Part shown: positions 9,357-15,440 of the stretch, piece by piece | Numbering within the stretch: the stretch's first letter is position 1 | Layout: each line of letters starts with the position of its first letter | From: Parasphingorhabdus sp. DH2-15 | GTDB lineage: Bacteria; Pseudomonadota; Alphaproteobacteria; Sphingomonadales; Sphingomonadaceae | Assembly (NCBI RefSeq): GCF_051668705.1 | Contig: NZ_CP196351.1 | Coordinates: 872,020 to 904,019, forward strand | Length of the DNA stretch: 32,000 bases | Direction: 5' to 3' | Made by a program: the position numbers and the translations under genes | Notes under the pieces: model-generated | Told to the model about the DNA's origin: nothing | The model's input: the letters and a program-made list of their open reading frames with translations, nothing else | The model's database searches: none

Positions 9357-10313
9357 ATGCAGATATCTCCGCCCTTGTCCGAATATCGTGCGCAGCCGCA
9401 TCGTCGCGCTCAGGCTATACAGGCCGGTAAAAAAGCATTTGCTGCTTGGCAAAACCATCCGGTTTGGGCGGGGTATCGCGCATTACTTGAGCATGCTGTA
9501 ACCTTGTCTGCCGTTGACGCTATACGCCATTTACGCCCTATCCTTGATGATAATCTCATAGCACCAGCCTTTCTGGAGCATTTCTTATCGGCGATGACGC
9601 ATGATGAACTTGTGCAATTGCAATGCCCGGCAACTTTGTCAGTGCAAAGCACTGTCATCATATTATTGAGGCATGGCCGTATAAATATTGCACTTGTCGC
9701 TTTGCGCAAAAAAGCTGCTGATGCATCTGGTAATGCCATGCATGATAGAATTTGCCTTTCTAATGGGCATAGCGCGCTGCGTCTTATCAACGGTGCGCAG
9801 GCGGATTATCGATTGTTTGCGCGTGACCATGAAGAGCAAGAGGCCATGGTTTTGACTTACAAAGGCCGTGTTGCAAGTGATGCCAGCTTGATAATCGATA
9901 ATAGCCAGCAGGGCTTGCTGATAGATGTGCTGGAACAGCCCGCTCTATTTTTGCGCATAACAGTGGAAGATGACGGCTCATCATCGACCAATGGTGATGA
10001 TTGTTATCGTTATTTTGATGCGCAGACGGGCCGGTTGCTGGGCAAATCTGCGGGTAATATGCAATCAACGCGCCGTCTTATGCTGCTTTCTGCATTGCGT
10101 TCTCTTGGTGCCGCACATCACGCACCTGAGATGCTAGTAGTGACAGAGGAACCCGTGGCGGCTTTGCGGTGGCAGGCTATGCGCGAATGTCTGGCTACCG
10201 ATATGAAAGCAGCCATGCCGCGATTGGCGGATATGGCTAAGGGTGATCCAGATGATGAAATACGCGCACTGGCCCATCAAATCTTGCAACATATTGGGCA
10301 AAAGGCCGCATAA
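9357..10313 (+). CDS. Hypothetical protein, beta-rich core plus HEAT-like C-terminus
   Basis: 318-aa ORF with no family I can name. The C-terminus, PVAALRWQAMRECLATDMKAAMPRLADMAKGDPDDEIRALAHQIL, looks like HEAT/PBS-lyase-type repeats. The stop is 3 nt before the next ORF. Confidence 0.6.
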   Translation: MQISPPLSEYRAQPHRRAQAIQAGKKAFAAWQNHPVWAGYRALLEHAVTLSAVDAIRHLRPILDDNLIAPAFLEHFLSAMTHDELVQLQCPATLSVQSTVIILLRHGRINIALVALRKKAADASGNAMHDRICLSNGHSALRLINGAQADYRLFARDHEEQEAMVLTYKGRVASDASLIIDNSQQGLLIDVLEQPALFLRITVEDDGSSSTNGDDCYRYFDAQTGRLLGKSAGNMQSTRRLMLLSALRSLGAAHHAPEMLVVTEEPVAALRWQAMRECLATDMKAAMPRLADMAKGDPDDEIRALAHQILQHIGQKAA

Positions 10314-10316
10314 ACC

Positions 10317-11219
10317 ATGGCCTTGGATATAGCATATAGAGCGCAGGAACCCCTTTCATTGGATGAGGCGCTTTCTTTGGGCGATGCCAATCTTAAAGGG
10401 CTTGAGCGTGAGCAAGAAAGGGAAAATGCCGCGCATATCTTGGCAGGGCTATATGCCAATCGCGACTTTCTGGCAGATGCGGCCATTGACGCGCTGAAAT
10501 TGACATATGCGGATGAGACGCAGGGTCGCCGCAAATATGGACCGCAAGTCATCACTTTGGGTGCTGCACGTCCGGGTTGGTTTTTACGTGCAAATATCTG
10601 GCCTGGCGCGAATGACTATGTGGTGCGCGCCAGCGGCAAAGACGCGTTCTTTTATGGTTTGCCGCATGATCATAATTTTGACTTCCTTACCATCGGATAT
10701 CACGGTCCTGGTTATATTAGCGATTATTATGAGCAGGATTATGAAGCGATTATTGGCTATAAGGGGGAGCCGGCCGGATTGCGTTTCATTGAACGCTCTG
10801 CGCTATCCGAAGGCCGTATGCTTTACTATCGCAAGCACCGGGATGTGCATTGCCAACATGCCCCCGATGCCCTTTCCATATCGTTGAACATCATGATGAC
10901 AGCGCCCGAACAATATTGGTTTGATCAGTGCCGCTATGATGTGAAACGCAATGTTGTGGAGACTATTCTCTCACAAGGCGCGAATGAGGCGATGTTGCAC
11001 ATTGCTGTAGCGGCTGGTGATGAAAATGGTCGCGATCTGGCGACCGAAATCTTGTGGAATCATCCGTCACAGCGAATGCAGCTGGCAGCGTTGCAGGCGT
11101 TGAGTGAGAACAGCCTATCGCAAATGGAGAAAGATAAGCTTTTTGATCAATGCTGCCGCCATGGTTCTGCGGCTATTGCTGCTGCGGCAAGCCTATATAT
11201 TAATCAGCATGAGCAATAA
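10317..11219 (+). CDS. Hypothetical protein, cupin-like metal-site motif plus HEAT-like C-terminus
   Basis: 300-aa ORF. FFYGLPHDHNFDFLTIGYHGPGY followed by GRMLYYRKHRDVHCQH resembles the two-motif HxH...H cupin signature. C-terminus: HPSQRMQLAALQALSENS...GSAAIAAAASLY. Confidence 0.6.
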   Translation: MALDIAYRAQEPLSLDEALSLGDANLKGLEREQERENAAHILAGLYANRDFLADAAIDALKLTYADETQGRRKYGPQVITLGAARPGWFLRANIWPGANDYVVRASGKDAFFYGLPHDHNFDFLTIGYHGPGYISDYYEQDYEAIIGYKGEPAGLRFIERSALSEGRMLYYRKHRDVHCQHAPDALSISLNIMMTAPEQYWFDQCRYDVKRNVVETILSQGANEAMLHIAVAAGDENGRDLATEILWNHPSQRMQLAALQALSENSLSQMEKDKLFDQCCRHGSAAIAAAASLYINQHEQ

Positions 11220-11282
11220 ATCCGGTAAATAGCCAAGAGAAATATCACTTCCCGCTATGGCCCAGTTTGGGTTAGAGATCAG

Positions 11283-11780
11283 ATGGTCATTTATGGGAAG
11301 GTAAGTTTGATGCCAGAATCAGCGATGGACAGTATGTTTGTCGAGAACATAGCCGCAATCATTCAATTGGCGTTGGCACCGGCCTTTCTGTTGGTAGGTA
11401 TTGGCGGGATGCTGCAGCTTTTTTCCAGCAGACTTGCACGCGTTGTCGATCGGTCAAGAGAGCTGGCAAAGGAACATGGCCAAGTCACTGAAGGGGAACG
11501 CAGGAATATTGTGCGCGAATTGCGTAAGCTCGATCAGCGTATGACGGTTGTCAATCGCTCTATTTTGATGGCGGTATGCGGCGCCATCACTGTCGGCATG
11601 GTTATAACATTGCTGTTTGCGATGGAGCTCGCCGGAATTGATTTATCAGTGGCCGTCGCTGGCGGTTTTATCCTAGCGATGACCTTTATCATGACTGGTC
11701 TGGGGTTCTTCGTGTATGAAGTCCATCTTGCGGACCGCTCAATACATTTGGACAAGGTGTTTTTGAAATGGGACGAGTGA
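11283..11780 (+). CDS. DUF2721-family membrane protein
   Basis: IAAIIQLALAPAFLLVGIGGMLQLFSSRLARVVDRSREL, then RRNIVRELRKLDQRMTVVNRSI, then two TM helices: the typical DUF2721 layout. The start could instead be the ATG at 11310 (MPESAMD). Confidence 0.7.
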   Translation: MVIYGKVSLMPESAMDSMFVENIAAIIQLALAPAFLLVGIGGMLQLFSSRLARVVDRSRELAKEHGQVTEGERRNIVRELRKLDQRMTVVNRSILMAVCGAITVGMVITLLFAMELAGIDLSVAVAGGFILAMTFIMTGLGFFVYEVHLADRSIHLDKVFLKWDE

Positions 11781-11818
11781 GTTTTTACTCGCACCATTCA
11801 AAAAAGATATTTTGCTGA

Positions 11819-12457
11819 TTAGCCTTCGGCGTTTTCTGTACCCTCTGCTGGTGCATCACCTTCTGCAGGAGCATCGCCGTCGGTTGCAGCATCACCACCA
11901 TCGCCACCCGCTGCTGCAAGGGCATCGGCAACATATTGATCAACCCCTAAAGGATTGTCAGAATTTTCATTGAGGTACAATATGACTGCAGCGCGCTCAT
12001 CGCCTTTACTAAGACCAGCAAAGCTCATTTTCGTGCCACTCGCATAGCGTTTCGGCGATTTCAGCCAGGCATCCATCTCTTCAAAGCCCCAATTGCTTGA
12101 GATACTTGAGATAGCTTCAGAATAGCCAAAACCAGCAACAGCGCCGTGCGGCTTACCTAGAATGCCATAAAGATTGGGGCCTACGCCATTGGGGCCCCCT
12201 TTTTCGATAGAGTGACACGCTGTACATTTTTGGAAAACTTTGGCGCCAACGCTTGAATCGGCACTGGCCATCATTACGCCAACAGAATCTTCGGCTTTTT
12301 CTTCGGTTTTTTCAGCACCCTTAATGGCATATCCGGGTTTTTCCGGATGCTCTGGTGAATCAGCGTGAAAGAATTTCCCGCTCAAAATCGAAAAGCCTAA
12401 AGCCGAGGCCATGCCAAACAAAACCCAACCGGCTATTGTATTACTGCGATCATCCAT
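11819..12457 (-). CDS. Membrane-anchored class I c-type cytochrome (CycM / c552-like)
   Basis: N-terminal anchor IAGWVLFGMASALGFSILSG. Heme site CTACH, then GPNLYGILG, then the distal Met in GTKMSFAGL. Acidic low-complexity tail contains GDAPAEGDAPAEG. Confidence 0.85.
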   Translation of the reverse strand: MDDRSNTIAGWVLFGMASALGFSILSGKFFHADSPEHPEKPGYAIKGAEKTEEKAEDSVGVMMASADSSVGAKVFQKCTACHSIEKGGPNGVGPNLYGILGKPHGAVAGFGYSEAISSISSNWGFEEMDAWLKSPKRYASGTKMSFAGLSKGDERAAVILYLNENSDNPLGVDQYVADALAAAGGDGGDAATDGDAPAEGDAPAEGTENAEG

Positions 12458-12749
12458 ATTCTAATGTCCCTAATTTGCCCCTGCTATAGAAGCAACTATC
12501 TAGACTGGCAACGCCATTACGACGATATTCTGTGCGCTCCCTAGCCAGCATAGGAGCACTAGGCAAGGGCTGAAAAGCACCACTACCAAGGAATTTATGA
12601 ACCAATGCGCTGGCATCATTTGTATATCCCGTGATTGATTGAATTTAGTGCAATGCGCATCGTTGATAGTGCAATAATTATTGGTCATTTGCTTCGCGCG
12701 CAGCGTTTGTGCTTGCTTTAACATATGGTAATAATTTAACAGCAAGCAT

Positions 12750-13637
12750 ATGTATAGCTATCCGAAAATTGCGCGTGAACGTGCTGAAAATATGGCCCGT
12801 GCGGCAAAATCAGAGCCTGGACGTGGCCTGGCCTTTCAAGGTGCACCAGGTGCAAACTCCTATCTGGCCGCGCTGGAATATGATCCAAAAGGCCTTCCTT
12901 TGCCATGTTTCTCTTTTTCTGATGCTATCGATGCGGTCAAGCGCGGTGATGCAGACCGGGCAATGATCCCGATTGAAAACTCACAGCATGGCCGGGTTGC
13001 CGATATTCACTTTCTGCTCCCGGAATCAGGGCTGCATATTATTGATGAGTTTTTTATTCCCATACATCACTGCCTGATGAGCAAATCAGATGGCCCCTTT
13101 TCCAGTGTGTTAAGTCATCCGCAAGCGTTGGGGCAATGTCGCCATTATCTTAAGGAACATGGGATTACTCCGGTTTCTTATACAGATACCGCTGGCGCCG
13201 CGGCCGCGGTTGCGATGAGTGATGATACCAATATCGCGGCCATCGCGCCGGCTATTGCTGCTGATATGTACGGTTTGAAGATGATCGCCGAAAATATCGA
13301 GGATGCTGACCATAATATGACACGTTTTGTGGTGTTGGCCCGTGATGCTGTTTTACCGCCTGCTGACATACCGGTAATGACCAGCCTGTTATTTGAAGTG
13401 AAGAATATTCCGGCAGCACTATACAAAGCTATGGGTGGTTTTGCGACCAACGGTGTGAACAGCACCAAGTTGGAAAGCTATATTCGCGGAGATAATTTCT
13501 CTGCTGCGGAATTTTATCTCGATATAATCGGAATGCCTGGCGACCCTGCGGTGGACCGCGCACTGGACGAATTGCGTTTCCATAGCAAATGGGTACGAAT
13601 CTTGGGTAGCTATAAACAATCGCGCGAGAGACATTAG
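12750..13637 (+). CDS. pheA: Prephenate dehydratase
   Basis: LAFQGAPGANSYLAA, IPIENSQHGRVADIH, NMTRFVVLA, and the ACT domain TSLLFEVKNIPAALYKAMGGFATNGVN. An alternative start is the ATG at 12792 (MARAAKSE). Confidence 0.9.
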   Translation: MYSYPKIARERAENMARAAKSEPGRGLAFQGAPGANSYLAALEYDPKGLPLPCFSFSDAIDAVKRGDADRAMIPIENSQHGRVADIHFLLPESGLHIIDEFFIPIHHCLMSKSDGPFSSVLSHPQALGQCRHYLKEHGITPVSYTDTAGAAAAVAMSDDTNIAAIAPAIAADMYGLKMIAENIEDADHNMTRFVVLARDAVLPPADIPVMTSLLFEVKNIPAALYKAMGGFATNGVNSTKLESYIRGDNFSAAEFYLDIIGMPGDPAVDRALDELRFHSKWVRILGSYKQSRERH

Positions 13638-13681
13638 GCTATAATGCCCGCAGCCTAGACGACCTGCAGACATCGCACCGC

Positions 13682-14326
13682 TTAATCAGTAGCTTGTGAG
13701 CTGAACAAAATCGATTTCAGACAGGCGGACATGGTTTTGACTCCCCTGCTAGTGAGAACCAAATATGTTCGGCGTCGATCAACCTTATCAAATTGGCGCT
13801 CAACCAGGTCATTTTTGATAAGCATGTCAATCCAACGCAGAGCGGTTGTTTGTGGCACAGATGCCGCGATGCAGGCGCTAGATATGCTAACATTGCTGCG
13901 TTCTAGCTCAGCAGCATAAAGGTCGAGCAAAATGTCCCAAGCGGGGTCTGCAAAGAGGTTTTCGGTAAAAAAGCTTTCCCTTTTGCGGCGTCTGGCAATC
14001 TCTGCCCGCACATCAGCTGCACTGATTGTCCAATTGGATAGTCGGTCGATCAAAAGTGACATATTGGGATCTTCACCGCAGGAAGCAGCGAATGACTGTT
14101 GCTTAGAGGATTGATGAAACGCCGCTTCATCAGCTTTCAAGGCCAATGTGGCCAAACGATGCGCCATATCCAACAATTCTGTTTTGGGATCGACGACCTG
14201 AACTGACTGCCCATGAAGTTTTTTCTCAAGGCATGTATCAGGCCAAGATAATGAGGGCTTGCTATTGTTTTGTGACATGTCTTCTTTGGCCTTCTTGAGA
14301 AATTTTGGTTTCTTCACAAAGGACAT
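13682..14326 (-). CDS. MarR-like winged-helix regulator, paralog of 2396..3442
   Basis: 214 aa. AADVRAEIARRRKRESFFTENLFADPAWDILLDLYAAELERSNVSISSACIAASVPQTTALRWIDMLIKNDLVERQFDKVDRRRTYLVLTSRGVKTM. Confidence 0.65.
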   Translation of the reverse strand: MSFVKKPKFLKKAKEDMSQNNSKPSLSWPDTCLEKKLHGQSVQVVDPKTELLDMAHRLATLALKADEAAFHQSSKQQSFAASCGEDPNMSLLIDRLSNWTISAADVRAEIARRRKRESFFTENLFADPAWDILLDLYAAELERSNVSISSACIAASVPQTTALRWIDMLIKNDLVERQFDKVDRRRTYLVLTSRGVKTMSACLKSILFSSQATD

Positions 14327-14415
14327 ATTTGCCTGTAAATGTGACTACATTAGATTTTGCACGACACGATAACTTTGCTTATATTTGACATGGAGTCATT
14401 ATACACACCACCATA

Positions 14416-14429
14416 GTTACATTTGTAAC
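14416..14429. promoter_or_regulatory. Perfect inverted repeat GTTAC-ATTT-GTAAC in the AT-rich intergenic region
   Basis: Read directly from the sequence. It lies between the divergent regulator genes 13682..14326 (-) and 14655..15410 (+). Confidence 0.3.
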
Positions 14430-14512
14430 CAGAATAAGTTTCAATTTTTATCAACAGATTCAACATCTAATAGAGATAGTTGAAAATCAATACATAAATT
14501 TGGAACAATTTT

Positions 14513-14524
14513 AGATTTAAATCT
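14513..14524. promoter_or_regulatory. Perfect 12-bp palindrome AGATTTAAATCT
   Basis: Read directly from the sequence, in the same AT-rich intergenic region. Confidence 0.25.
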
Positions 14525-14559
14525 ATTCTTTTATTATTAGTTTTCATGATTAAAGTTAA

Positions 14560-14577
14560 GTCACGTAAGTTCGTGAC
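14560..14577. promoter_or_regulatory. 18-bp dyad GTCACG-N6-CGTGAC, candidate lux-box-like operator
   Basis: Perfect 6-bp arms. Its centre is about 86 bp upstream of the LuxR-family ORF start at 14655. Size and symmetry resemble LuxR-type boxes. Confidence 0.35.
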
Positions 14578-14654
14578 ACAATCGTAACTATCTTTTATCG
14601 TCATCACTCATTAATTATGGCTGAGCGTGAAGGTTCACATTTCAAAGGGTCGCT

Positions 14655-15410
14655 GTGTTAATAGAATCAGATATTGTGGAAGCACCGCCGCAGCAAATGG
14701 CCTTTTGGGAAGGACTGTCCATGTTGCATAGCTATCCAGACATATTAGAATCCGCATATAGATTGCTGACGACAATGGGGGTGAAGATGATGGCATATCA
14801 TTTGGTTCCGCCATTTCATTCGCAAATATCCAAACGGGCGATGATAATAAGTTTTGGCTTTCCCAAACAATGGATTGAGTATTATGCAGACCCTGCAGCA
14901 CGCGCACAAGACCCTGTGCCTGATATTGTTATGGAGCAGTATAGCAGAATGTCATGGGCTGAAGCACTCAAGATATGCCGTGATAAAGACCCTGTAACAG
15001 GTATTCGTCATGCAGTAGAAATAGAAGAGATTCCTTATGCTTTCGGGCTGCCGCTTTATGGCCCGAGCGGACGCGATGCATATTGTGCAATCGTCATGGA
15101 TAATGCTTCGAATGTTACCGATATGTGGAACATGGTTCAAATACAGAATATCATGCAGGCGGTGCATGTGCGCATATCACATCTGACCATTGCCAAAGAT
15201 AATGCGGCGATAAAATTGTCGCATCGTGAGACTGAAGTGCTCAATTGGATTTTGGGCGGCAAGTCGCGCAATGATATTGCAACTATTCTGGGGCTCGCGC
15301 CAGCAACGGTTGATACCTATTTGCGGCGCATTTACGAAAAACTAGGCGTTAATAATCGCATCATGGCCAGCTTACGGGCCCTGTCACAAAATCTGATTAA
15401 GCTTTCTTAA
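14655..15410 (+). CDS. LuxR-family transcriptional regulator with N-terminal autoinducer-binding-type domain (orphan/solo in this window)
   Basis: C-terminal HTH: LSHRETEVLNWILGGKSRNDIATILGLAPATVDTYLRRIYEKLGV. The N-terminal domain has W-x3-Y-x8-DP-x13-W spacing in QWIEYYADPAARAQDPVPDIVMEQYSRMSW. The start is GTG at 14655 or ATG at 14697. Confidence 0.8.
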   Translation: MLIESDIVEAPPQQMAFWEGLSMLHSYPDILESAYRLLTTMGVKMMAYHLVPPFHSQISKRAMIISFGFPKQWIEYYADPAARAQDPVPDIVMEQYSRMSWAEALKICRDKDPVTGIRHAVEIEEIPYAFGLPLYGPSGRDAYCAIVMDNASNVTDMWNMVQIQNIMQAVHVRISHLTIAKDNAAIKLSHRETEVLNWILGGKSRNDIATILGLAPATVDTYLRRIYEKLGVNNRIMASLRALSQNLIKLS

Positions 15411-15440
15411 TCCAAAGTGGTACAAACGGGTCCGACATTT

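Noticed and set aside
11781-11818. Weak hairpin GTGAGT-TTTT-ACTCGC between the convergent DUF2721 and cytochrome c genes, considered as a terminator
   Set aside because: The stem is only 6 bp including a G-U pair, and no proper T-run follows on either strand. That is insufficient to call.
12500-12966. ORFs 12500..12745 (-) and 12709..12966 (+) near the pheA start
   Set aside because: They have no SD or recognisable motifs and an odd composition. The second overlaps the true pheA frame.
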